Notes under the pieces: model-generated
Databases searched by the model: none
What the model was told of the DNA's origin: nothing
The model's input: only the letters and a program-made list of their open reading frames with translations
Translations under genes and position numbers: made by a program
Shown: positions 52,630 to 64,000 of the stretch, one piece after another
Position numbering within the stretch: position 1 is the first letter of the stretch
How the letters are laid out: each line of letters begins with the position of its first letter
From: Bugula neritina
Taxonomy: Eukaryota > Animalia > Bryozoa
NCBI GenBank assembly: GCA_964035545.1
Contig: OZ037765.1
Span: 28,023,504 to 28,087,503 of the forward strand
Reading direction: 5' to 3'
DNA length: 64,000 nucleotides

Positions 52630-53350
52630 TAATAATAATATATTATGTTACCATTAGTATTACTATTAGTAGAAGTGTGATTTATACTGAGACATGTAAT
52701 TGCATTTTTATTATATACATTTCTATTTGGTTTAGTTATTCGTTATTAATATTTGTGCGATAGTCATACTCATAATCAATTGAAATCCTTTTATCAGTTT
52801 AATAATTAAATTTAATGTAATAATAATATTATTATTAAATATTAATAATTGTAAAACTAGTTAATTTAAATTAATACTAATATTAGTATTACTACTACTA
52901 TTGAAGTATTACTACTACTAGTAGTAGTATTACTACTAGTCTACTAGTACTACTACTAGTACTAGTAGTAATACTACTAGTAGTAGTGCCAGTAGTACTA
53001 CTAGTACTAGTACTACTAGTCTAGTAGTACTAGACTTAGGATACTAGTACTACTACTAGTATTAGTATTACTATATTACTATTAGTAATACTATTACTAT
53101 TATTACTGATATTCATAAATCATATTGAATATATTTATAAATAATATTTAATTTTATATAATTATAATATATTCAATATGAATATTGGTACTCCTAGTCC
53201 GTACTTAGTAGTTTAATTATACTAATAGTTATACTAGTACTACTACTGCCACTGCTACTGCTACTACTACTACTACTACTATTACATTTACAGGACGACT
53301 ACCGTACTATGTCTACGACTAGTAAACTAGTAGTAGACATAGTAATTTTA
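52630..53350. repeat. A-N-T / (TAC,TAG)n tract, right flank of the Pirin/R3HCC1 promoter
   Basis: actactagtactagtagt palindromic runs, (cta)n and attactattagt. Confidence 0.9.
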
Positions 53351-53514
53351 AATTAATTATAGCTAATTTCCTGTAAAAGCTTCCATGTAGCATCTCTATT
53401 TTATTTTAGTGAACTTAACACTCAACAAATGCTTGCTGACTCATGGTGTTTTACATTGCAATTACTGAAATGCTTTGAAAGGCTATACAGAAACATTTGT
53501 TATGTAGAGTTGAA

Positions 53515-56500
53515 CTGGCTGGGAACTACACATATTCTACTAATTGGCTGTTGGATGAAGAATTTGAAAAGCTTGTGTCCGATGAGCTACTGCAATATCA
53601 TAAAGAATTGAAACGCCTGTCTGCGCACCAGGATAGGTTGCCATTGTATGTAATGTGATGCAATAGTTATCCTTTTATATTTTAAACTGTAATAACTTTG
53701 CAATTTTTACAAATTGTTATAATAATTGGTTAATTCTTAAGTTCTATGTTATATGCTTGAAAAGTTAATGTGCCATTTACAAGTGTCCTTGGTAAAAAAA
53801 TAGTTCATTTATTTACATGTGTGCATTGTGGAGTGTTGTTGTGTGTGTGTGTTCACTGTGTTGTAGAGTGTTATTGTGTGTATTGTAGAGTGTTATTGTG
53901 TGTATTGTAGAGTGTTAATTTTTCCACCAGTTACAAGTCGCTGCCGTTTTCTTATACACAAAACCGTTCAGAAGAGTGAATATCTCTTGTACAGCTTTTC
54001 TATTGGTTCCGGCAGCAATCGTCGGACGGTGGTTTGTCAGCGAGATCTGTTGTTAAGGTAAACTCTATCACCCTTACCTGTGTAGCCAGCATTCATCAGC
54101 AGTATGTTATACATAGAGTTACTGAGTTGCCCTGTGTTTTTCAGAGGTAAATATAGCCAAGACTGCCGAGATATAGATGCTTTGGTTAACAAGCTACGCC
54201 AAGAAGCGCAGAACAAAAGTGCCTTAAAACGTATTACAGGGTTCAAAATGGAAAGGTATTTATTTTGATGAATGTAATATTATTATAAATGTTCATGAAC
54301 TTTCTTGGATGCAAAATACGTATTTTTCTGTTTATAGCTTAAAATCATTGATCATGTAAAAAAAGAATGCACTTCAATATAGCTAGTGTTTGTGACGGAT
54401 ATGATATATCGTTGATTAGAAATTTTGCATGCTGTTTAGAAGTTAAGGCAACTGAATCAGCAAATTGTAGTAACCTGGGAATTTTACTCGACACTTTAGT
54501 TTCTTCCTGACATCTTATAAGTTTGAATGGAGTAACTATTTGTTTGAGGAGTTGTATGCTCTCATATAAGATTGCATTACAGTGAAGTAATCTTTGGCAG
54601 GACTGTGAATTCTCAGCAAGCACACATATCAACAAGAGAAAATCCATCCTTGATAGACGATATGCAGTCGCAGAAGTCATGTGATGAGTCACAGCTCCGG
54701 GCCGGCACTTCAGCTGGTGATTCATCAGTACATCTGCACCCGAAGCCACCAAAAGGTTCGTCACTAGCAACTGATTTGTCGGAATTAATGAATGGATATT
54801 TTGTAACTGATGTAAATGAAGGCAGGTGTTGCTTGTCTGAGTTTAAATATTATTGGAAAGTATTTTACTAGTAAAAATATTTATTCTAATTGCATTTGTG
54901 TTATCTGCTATCTCTTTAGGTGTAGCCACCAAGTCATTAGCTGCAAAGAATACACTTGGCAGAGGGCGGGGGAGAGGCAGAGCTCGTCCCAGTATGCAAG
55001 TCTATGTCCCTCGTGCCAAGCGATTAGCTGAGCAAAAGGCTACGGAGGAAAAAATAATCAAAGATAACACTCGGGAAAACAAGCCTGTCTCTAGTGGTGA
55101 AGTTAAAGTCATAGAAGCCAGTCATGTGCACGAAACTACTTTGGATAAAAATAATGCCACTGTCCTGCATAGTAGCGCGAATAGTGCTTCTGTATCCAAA
55201 CCTCATGTGACTAATTCTGAGAGTAATATTACTGTTGGTACAAGTGAAGATTCTTGTACTGTAGCTGGTGGGAAAAAGGATTTTACTGCTGATTGTATAG
55301 GCAATTCTGCTACTATAAGTAATAGTACTAATGCTCCTACTGCAGTAGATGATAGTAGAGACGTTGCTTCTGTGAATGACAGTAAGATTACTGTTACTGC
55401 TCGTAGTGATGGCAATACTGTTACTGAAAGTAGTGATAACAATACTGCTACTGCAAGTAGTGATAGCAATACTGCTACTGATAGTAGTGATGGAAACACT
55501 GCTACTGCTAGTAGTAATTGCAATACTGTTACTGAAAGTAGAGATGGTAATACTGTTACTGCTGGTAGTGATGGAAATACTGTTACTGCAAGTGATGATG
55601 GCAATACTGTTACTGGAGGCAATAGTAGAAATACTGCTATTGTCAATGTCAGTGAAAGTAGTGTAGGTGGAAGTATAATTGCTGTTCCTATTGATTGTGG
55701 TATAAATACTGCAGCTACTATAGAAGCCACTGACCCGGATATTTCAACCAAAGCTAAAATAAATGATTCTATCAAAATACAGGAGGTAAAACCAACAGTT
55801 GATACTGGAGAGACCATCTTATCAGTACAAAATAATAAAGTTGGTATGTTAGACTCTGCACACTCAAGCTGTGTTACTAAAGTTCAGTCAACCGACGATA
55901 TTCTACTCTCAAAAGTAGAAGTTGTTTCTCAGGCAACAACTGCAAATGACACTAAAAATACTGATGGAGGTACTCTGTTAGTAGAAAAAGTGTCATATGA
56001 AGAAATCTCCCCAGGTAATACCTGCAACACTAAACAAAATGATGGTCAAGAAATAGAAAGTTTAAGGTTATCTGGAGATGCAGATAAAAATCTAAGCATT
56101 GATAAAATTAGTTTGAGCCCTTTTTCTAAGGATACTGTAGAAAACAATTTGGTGCTAAGCAAAGCCAATCAAAGCATTGACAAGCTATCCAATAGTGAAA
56201 CAATAAGTCCTAACGTTGTTTCCGGAAAGCTGAAAAAAGGAACTGACAAATCTGCTAAAAAGGAAAAAAAGAAGCGAGGTACAAAAAGCACAAGTTCTAA
56301 AGTCAGTTCAGTGTCCTCATCGACTGCAAAACCTTCTCATAATACTGCTGATAGTCCTGAGGGCAGCTCAGCTGTTGATTCCAACATTTCATCTCTGAAA
56401 GACGACTTGGACCAAGAAGATTCTTGGGATTCTATGTTTGACGAATCAGGAGAGTGTATAGACGAGCAGCAAATGAAAGAAGTAGGTGGTTTTTTATATG

Positions 56501-59069
56501 CCCTGTCTGCTATAAGAACTTTGATCTTATCTATTCTGTTTCTTGCAGTTAGTTGATTGAAATAAAATTTATTTATTTTCAAGTTTAAAATTGTTTTTTC
56601 AGGATACCATATTTAAATACTTTAATAACAATTATTAATACATGGTGCCACCCGTGTAGTAGATTCTCAAAGTATGTTTTACTATAAAACTGTTGACTGT
56701 TATATACAGGCTCTCTGCAACCATTCAGCTCAAGTATAACTTATTCATCTAATCTGTTTAGCTGGAAGCTGCTATTGGCAAAGTCAAGATAAAGAAGCCC
56801 GTCATCGACTACTTGCAGTTTTCTCCAAAAGATCCAGAGATTAGTAGTGATGAGTTTGGTCATTTAGTTGAGATCTATAATTTCTCTCCTTCACTGAAAA
56901 CAGCTGACCTAACGACTATAATAGGCTTGTCGTAAGTTGTTCATAGAAATAGAAATAGTTTATCTTACGCCTTGTGCATGTTTCTATACCCAGTATGTTT
57001 TATCACAAAATAGGTTACCAGGGATAACGTTTTTGTTGCTTTTTTAGAGCTAAAGAATTTGACATCAAGTGGGTGGATGACACGCATGCTATTGCAGTCT
57101 TCTCTAGTCATTTAGCTGCTCAAGATGCTTTATTATATGAACACCCGCTAATCAAGACCAGACCAATATCAGAAGCTTCCAGAGACACTAAACTCAAGGT
57201 TAAGAAGTGTGCAGGTATTGAAATGTTGTTTGATAGCTCTTTAAGCCTCTCACCATCTGACTGTTGGTCAACCTATTAATAACAAACTTTTTTCACCACT
57301 ATTCCAAAGCATGGTAATCAATTGTACAATTGCAAAGCATTCGCTTCTATAGCAATTATTAGCTATACTATGGTGCTGATTTTAATTAAACTTAAAATAT
57401 TTTCTCATTATATTAGCATCATAACAAAGCAATCGTAGTCGAATTTAAAAACTCAAATTCCCTGTTGGATTGTCGTCAACTAGATGCCGTCCGTGCCTCT
57501 TCTGCACTCTTTATATTTTATAAAAACTTTTCATCCACTAAATCTTTGTCCTATAGGCATAATATGTGCATCAAAAATGAGTTTTGGAATAAGCAAGAGC
57601 AACATTTCACTATGAGTGCATTTTCTAAAATTAAATGATATTTTAGTCGTCTCTTTTTTTAATCTCTTATACTGTAGAGTATATTTATATGATGTACAAA
57701 ATATTGCTTAGTAACACCAAAGTTGATAGGTGGCAGAAGATTTGTTGGCTAAACTTAGCTAAAAAGTGGCTCAATGGAAAAGTCAAATTAAATACAAGGA
57801 GAAAATCGGTTTCAATTTCACTCAACTATACATTATTAAATCTTGGTCTTAAAATTCATCTCTGTGTAGTAAGCAGTATGCAGGCAGGCTCAGTATACTC
57901 AATTGTAGTTTTGTATATTTTATAATTTACTTTAAACTTTATTTACTGTATTTAAGTCTTGGGGGTTATCTGCTATATACTGTGGTGGATGAAATTATTA
58001 TAAGGCATTACTTGATTTATACAGATTTTCTATTACCAAGTAAAGAACGCCCAGCGACTACTGCTATGACTGCCAGGCGCTTAGTTAGTGCATCTCTAGG
58101 AATCTCAACTAATGTTACTCAGGAACAGAAAATCAAAGAGAGGCAACAACTCAAAATAGCAAAAGGTACGCTGATATCAACTTTCTTCCAATTGTTATAT
58201 ATTACTACATTGTATTACAATGTCTATACTTATGTTATTTTTATTAGTTTAATGCTTATCCGTAATCTAAATGTTCTGCAGCTGCAAAGAATGTGTGTGT
58301 TTGTCTAGGCAGGTTATATCTAGATAATCCAAATGTTCATTGACCTTCTGTAACCCACTGAAAATCTGTCTAAGAATAGCTCTATTCGTAACTTCATAAG
58401 ACTATGTTCATAACTTTAGTAGCTTTATCCTTTACAAAAAAATGCTTAGCTGATTTCTAAATGTTGCAAGTATAAAAACCAGAACCTGTGATATAAGGAT
58501 TATATATAGATTGCAGGCATACTAACATGTGGGCCCATATTATCAGCAACTTATGGTCACTTAAACAGCAGCTAAAACATTAAAATAAATGCTTCTAAAT
58601 ATTAGAATTGTGGTGCAAATTAATTTATTGGGATAGCTAAAATAGTTTTGACATGATGGCATTGGTGAAGCATTTGTCCTACCCATTATAATACTATGGT
58701 AAATTCAAATTTGGTTGAGTATAACTTTCCTCATCAAATAGAGTTAGCAAATTAGGCTATGATTTCACACCTCAATCATTTATTCCTAATTATATGTATG
58801 TGTGGAAAAATTGTTTCTTGAGCTAATTTCTGTAAATTTTCAACACCGCTCAGCTAAATTATGGTGTATAATAACAGCATAAACCATTTGAAATTTTAGA
58901 AAAAAAGAGAGATGATGCTAAAGCAAGAGTAAGTGCATGGGATGGATCAATTGTGGAGGAGCCAAAACAATCTCCTCAAGCATCTAGAAAATCTGCATCA
59001 ACTAGTGCTAACAGTTCAGCAAAGAAGTGGCACGGGAACTATGGGGCTTGTGCAATGGACAATTTATAA
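53515..59069 (+). CDS. R3HCC1: R3H and coiled-coil domain-containing protein 1 / 1-like (start inferred at CTG 53515)
   Basis: Exons ~53515-53636, 53911-54057 (R3H: [35 protein letters not shown]), 54145-54255, 54583-54821, 54920-56481 ([12 protein letters not shown]; [14 protein letters not shown]), 56762-~56931 ([14 protein letters not shown]), ~57048-57213 ([15 protein letters not shown]), ~58026-58165 ([13 protein letters not shown]) and ~58900-59069. Confidence 0.88.
53826..53917 (+). repeat. 22-bp tandem repeat duplicating a splice acceptor junction
   Basis: tgtagagtgttattgtgtgtat at 53862 and 53884, partial at 53906, degenerate at ~53826. Confidence 0.8.
55387..55640 (+). repeat. Coding 27-bp (9-aa) tandem repeat NT[VA]T[AE]SSDG in R3HCC1
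   Basis: [72 protein letters not shown]. Confidence 0.9.
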
Positions 59070-60529
59070 TATTCCTGTGTTTATATACAAAAATGGAGCC
59101 AAACTTTTCATATCATTTTGTGAAACATAAAATGTGTATTTTATTTTGCAGATAGCTATGACTATTTTATTTATTGCTTTCTTCACTTAAATTTTGATTC
59201 ATATATCGAGCTAATATGATGTAGTACTATATACTATCAGCTGTAAGCTTTTCTTTTACTTAAGTTAGATATTTCAAAAATATATCAATACATTTTATCT
59301 GAACATTATATTCTACAAAAATTGTTTTGCGAAGGGTTTCAATTGTACAGGAAAACAGTCAATTCCAAGTTAGTTTAGCGTTAATGTAGCTACCATTTAG
59401 CTTCTGAGGCAATACGTCATGAAAGCAATGACCAGTTTGAAAATTTTGCTCTATTGACATCTAAATTTGAAAACCAACATAATTTGAATTGATGCTAGTC
59501 ACTGGATAACTGTTGGTCAGCTTATAGTGTAGGTGAGCTCTTGTTAATTTAATTTACCATCATTTTCATGATGTAATGTAACTTGGCATAAATAAACAGC
59601 CTGCTGTTAAAATGAAAGTATGTTTTCTTATGAGCAATCAAAATATTCCATTAGCTGTATTTGCAGCAACAAATTGTTCTCAAATTATACAAGTACCCGT
59701 AATTGCAACATAATATAGTTGCTATTAATCATGCAGTAAAATATATAATGTGTGCAACAGTGAAACTAACGCGAAATAATTCAACAGGAGGACTTAAAAA
59801 CTTTTCTGGTGTTTTATAGGCGACTGGGAATTGTAATGTGTACATTTTAATGCAGTGTTTTCTGTTCGGCAATTTTAAGGTCAAATAAAGTTAAAGAACT
59901 TTTCAGTGTTAAAATGTTGCTGTATTTGATTTTGTGGTCACTACATTCCAAGTAGCAACAATTAAACTTAAAATAACAATGACGAAATTAAGTGACACGC
60001 AGTTATAATTTTTTCACTGCAAATGTTTTACTCAATAAACTGTGAGGTCAGAAAACTGAAAAGTGTAACTTTGGAACAAATTGTTCTAATGGTGCATTTA
60101 GAAATGTCTGCAAGTAGGAATTAGTTAAAATTAAAGGCTATGTCTAACACGTGCATTATAAAAATCTGCATATTATAGTACATATGAACATGCTAGAAAT
60201 GGTTCATTACCCAGTATGCAATAACATTGTAGCTCATATATGTCATTGGCACATGTCACTTGGCATTATTTGTATCTCTATAATTTGTATTATTCAATAT
60301 TTTCATATATTTAACCTATACCTATACCTACTGCTACAACCCTCCATAAGCACCCACACTCATTTAATCACGTTCTACATACATAAATGTTTATCTTAAA
60401 AAAGATATGTCAAATTTATTTTTATGATATAAAAAATATAAAAAAACTACATTCCTGGGTCAAACTAGTAAGTCGTTGGTCTTTTCTCAAGAAGCACATA
60501 TAATTCATTCAAGAGTATATTCTACTACC

Positions 60530-63500
60530 TTATAGTAGACTGTGCATTCTTTGTGAACTTTGAACTCTTAATGGCTCCAAGCAAAACAAACAGGGCTGAG
60601 GGTGTCATACCTGGAAGTCGACTAGCAGCAGCCAACTGCAAAATTTAAACAGATATATCATAAGATGAGCAACAACTAATTTGTATGCACAATATACCAT
60701 AACATAATTGAACAAAAATTCACAATGCTCATAAATGATAATAGCTAGTAACTAAACTGTCACTTTTCAAATAAGAAAATAAATTTTGAAGCAGAAATTT
60801 CATCACAGACAATGCCTGTCCACACAACACATGATAAAAACTGTTTTTATCAACTTGACAATCACTAGTTTTATACTAGAGTGTAATCTTTCAGGCACAC
60901 TGCATAGGTTGATGTCAGAGAAGCTATCTATCTAAATTCTAATACATTCACTGCAGCACTTCAACAACATACATTGCCAGGTTTTGCTTGTTCTAAAATT
61001 TCTCGACATTCATTAGACAGCCCTTCAAGGGAGAACAAATCCAAATCATCAGGTATAATTAGTGCAGCTTCCCTATTTATCTCAGCCATACACGCTTCCT
61101 GATTTTCCAGGTATCGAGAATATTCAGCATCTATTTTGAGTCTGTTTGCTAGCTGGGGTGTGTCTAGAAGGTAGCCAACATCTTTAACATGTTTAGAAAT
61201 ATCTTCCAGCGATATCCTGCTCAGACTCAATAATCTGTAAGCGCTGAAATAGATCCAAAATGCCAGATGAAAACATAAAAAATTTAGCTTTGACAAAATT
61301 ATTGAATTCTGTTGAAATATTCTATTGATAGCATATGTTTACAAAAATAAAATGTGAAAACGTCGATTTAATTTTAAACTTCAGTAAATATCTTTTCGAT
61401 TGGCAAATTTAAAATTTTAAAGAATACCTAAATAATTTGTGCTGTGGAAGAGAATGGCCAAGTAAAGCAATCCACTCGCTATTCTTTCGTACATTATTTT
61501 GAAGAATTTGTTTTGCACGATCTAAGGTAGCCATGTTATCATGCACACGATCTATTCTTTCTTTTGATAGACACCCACTAGCTTTGCCTACAAACACATG
61601 AAAAAGTTAACTTCAACCAACAATTAAGATACACGCGAGTTTCAAAGCATACAAAAGTTATTCTTAGTAGCTTTATCTACTGGAGGTTCAACCAACACAT
61701 AAATACAAAATAAATATACAGCTATAACATCACCTTTATCCAAAAGTCTAATGTCTGCATTATCGGGTCTCAGACTCATACGAAACTCAGCACGACCTGT
61801 GAACATGCGGTAAGGTTCCTTGGTTCCTAGAGTGGTCAAGTCGTCAACTAGTACTCCGATATACGAGTCAGTTCGGTTGAGGAGCAACGGTGGACAGTCC
61901 AGCACTGAGCAAGCCGCATTCACACCAGCCACCAAACCCTACACATATATATCAACCGAAGAAACATAAAAAAGTATCAGAAGATGGTTTATATGTATAT
62001 AGCAGGTGAAAAAGTTGAATGAGTGTAATATATATTAGTTTGGAACCAAGATATAAACTACTCCCACTCTTATGTATAATCATCTTAGACATAAGCTAAT
62101 ATAACTTAGTTATTGTGAAAACCCTTAAAAGAGTTCATGAAGATATGGAAAATGTTGCTCAAGTTACATTTTTATCAAATATGTAAAAGTTCAATAATTC
62201 TTCGAGTAATGCTCAAATGAAAATATATGAGTTTGGAGCACGGAACTTCTTTTTATATACTTATATTCAAAGATGTTAATTTTTAACCAGTTGGAGTTTT
62301 CAACTCTTTCTATTTCATGAGTAAGCAACTCTAGTTCCCACAAAATTTTTGCATCTTCTTTTATTTTAAACCAATATTTTCAGTTTATTCTATAAGAAAA
62401 AGTATGTGGCTGATTTAAAGCCCTTAAAGCAAATGGTGTGAGACAGAACTCTTCCAGCTTTTCTATTTCTATAATTTTTTGCATTGCTAAAAAAGCATAG
62501 AATTTACTAAAAAAACGATATATGAACTACAAAATATATTCTGCAATACAGAAAAGTAAAGAAAATCTGTATACAAAATCTGTTCAGTATGCACCATTTG
62601 AAGATTAGTCTGTTCACACATTATTCCAAGCTTGTGGAATAATGTAAACTGTCCTAAATGAGCTAACATTTCTTTCATAAAACAGAAAAATCTATAATAT
62701 GGAATAATAATGCATACTCCAAGTATCCTAAAATTGCTATGCATGTAACACTCTACAGTCTGTGCTGTGTTGAAGGAGCAAATGACCAACCTGAGCTGCA
62801 GCTTCTTCATAGCCTGTAGTTCCATTAATCTGACCAGCAAAGTATAACGAGTGGATCAACTTCGTCTCTAGTGTTTGCTTAAGCTGCCTTGGATCTATGT
62901 AGTCATATTCCACACCATATCCTAAGCAGCAAAGTACTTGCATTAATATAAATAAATGAAACTATCAGCTTTATATATAAACACATACATTCCAAAACAT
63001 CCCCAGCGTACAGAGCAGAGCTATTATTATTTTGAATTGCACTGCACAGCCTGTGTAAAACTTCCAAACATTCACATCATTTTACTTTTACTTCATTTCT
63101 TTTTATTTTAAAAACCGCGAGTTTCAGATCAGCTGATTTGATGGATCAGTGAACAGTAACTACTACAATATACTGTAGAGTGAACACTAACTACTACAAT
63201 ATACTGTAGAGTGAACACTAACTACTACAATATATTGTAGAGTGAACAGTAACTACTACAATATACTGTAGAGTGAACAGTAATTACTACAATGTAATCT
63301 AGAGTGAACAGTAACTACCACAATATAGTGTAGAGTGAACAACCACCTGGCTGAGTAAGTTTAGCCTCTTCAAGGCCTACTATTGTGTTGACCAGTTGCT
63401 GTTGATATTCTGGAGGCATAGTGCAGGACAGTCCCTAAAACCAATAAACCAACTATGTAATACAAACAGGGCTGCAAGATTGTAATATCAAGTATTGGGA

Positions 63501-63862
63501 GGTGAAAAGTGAAAGCTGTAATAGTAAAAATTCTTACGTAGGATATTATGTTTGTTTATTATACAGAAAATAAGTAAATGGAATTTATATTTCAAGTCAA
63601 CTAATTTAGCATCATTAACCAAAATAAAAAAATGGCATAATAAAGTGATAACATAATTATTATAAATTTTTATCAACATTCTATTGTTGATGTTATCAAA
63701 TTAAGTTTATAAAATAACCTAAAACTATTAAAAAACAGAAACCGAAATAGCTAAACCTGAGGATATATAAGTGGAGCATCAAATCCTTCTGGTTCCAGCC
63801 ATATTTGGTGGCTATTTCTGTCTTTAAATTTCAGTATTTTGCTCTCTATAGATGGACAATAC
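60530..63862 (-). CDS. MTO1: Mitochondrial tRNA modification protein MTO1 (GidA/MnmG family), 3' part; 5' exons lie beyond the window
   Basis: [21 protein letters not shown]; [40 protein letters not shown]; [29 protein letters not shown]; [12 protein letters not shown]; TAA at 60532-60530. Confidence 0.97.
63149..63341. repeat. 31-bp minisatellite (~6 copies) in an MTO1 intron
   Basis: gtgaacagtaactactacaatatactgtaga at 63149, 63180, 63211, 63242, 63273 and 63304; it abuts a donor site near 63345. Confidence 0.92.
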
Positions 63863-64000
63863 CTACAGATAAAGGTTTATATTTCCGGTATTAGCTAAAG
63901 CACGTCAATCGTGAATACGCCAGGAAAACGCTGGCATTTAAAAGTGTATCAGACTGTGTAATGGACAAGTTTTTACGTTTAACATTTCAACAATACTCGT

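Noticed and set aside
53441-53480. Selenocysteine or readthrough at TGA 53476 to supply an ATG for R3HCC1
   Set aside because: No SECIS recognised and no homology upstream of the TGA; a CUG start or an upstream exon is simpler.
63149-63341. CRISPR-like array
   Set aside because: Head-to-tail repeats without unique spacers, in a eukaryotic intron, with no cas genes.

Overview
This is AT-rich, gene-dense eukaryotic DNA with short GT-AG introns. It is animal and probably an invertebrate; a lophotrochozoan such as a bryozoan is only a guess. Manual splicing gives, in order: the 5' end of an N-terminal SH3 protein resembling PI3K p85 (-), DOHH (-), RPS7 (+), PEX13 (-), a ~29 kb HEATR1/UTP10 gene (-), Pirin (-), R3HCC1/R3HCC1L (+) and the 3' part of MTO1 (-). 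HEATR1 carries two nested genes: an intronless divergent class A GPCR on the same strand, and an antisense ~1337-aa acidic Thr/Asp/Glu transmembrane mucin-like protein with four Cys6 modules. Mobile DNA comprises four copies of a tRNA-derived SINE with TSDs, a hAT MITE and a foldback element. The most notable observations are: (1) 0.3-1.3 kb degenerate 3/6-periodic A-N-T tracts at the 5' end of every housekeeping gene and nowhere else in the window; (2) an apparent CUG start for R3HCC1 at about the position of the CUG start I recall for the human gene; (3) the two nested genes. All coordinates were derived by hand and may be off by a few bases.
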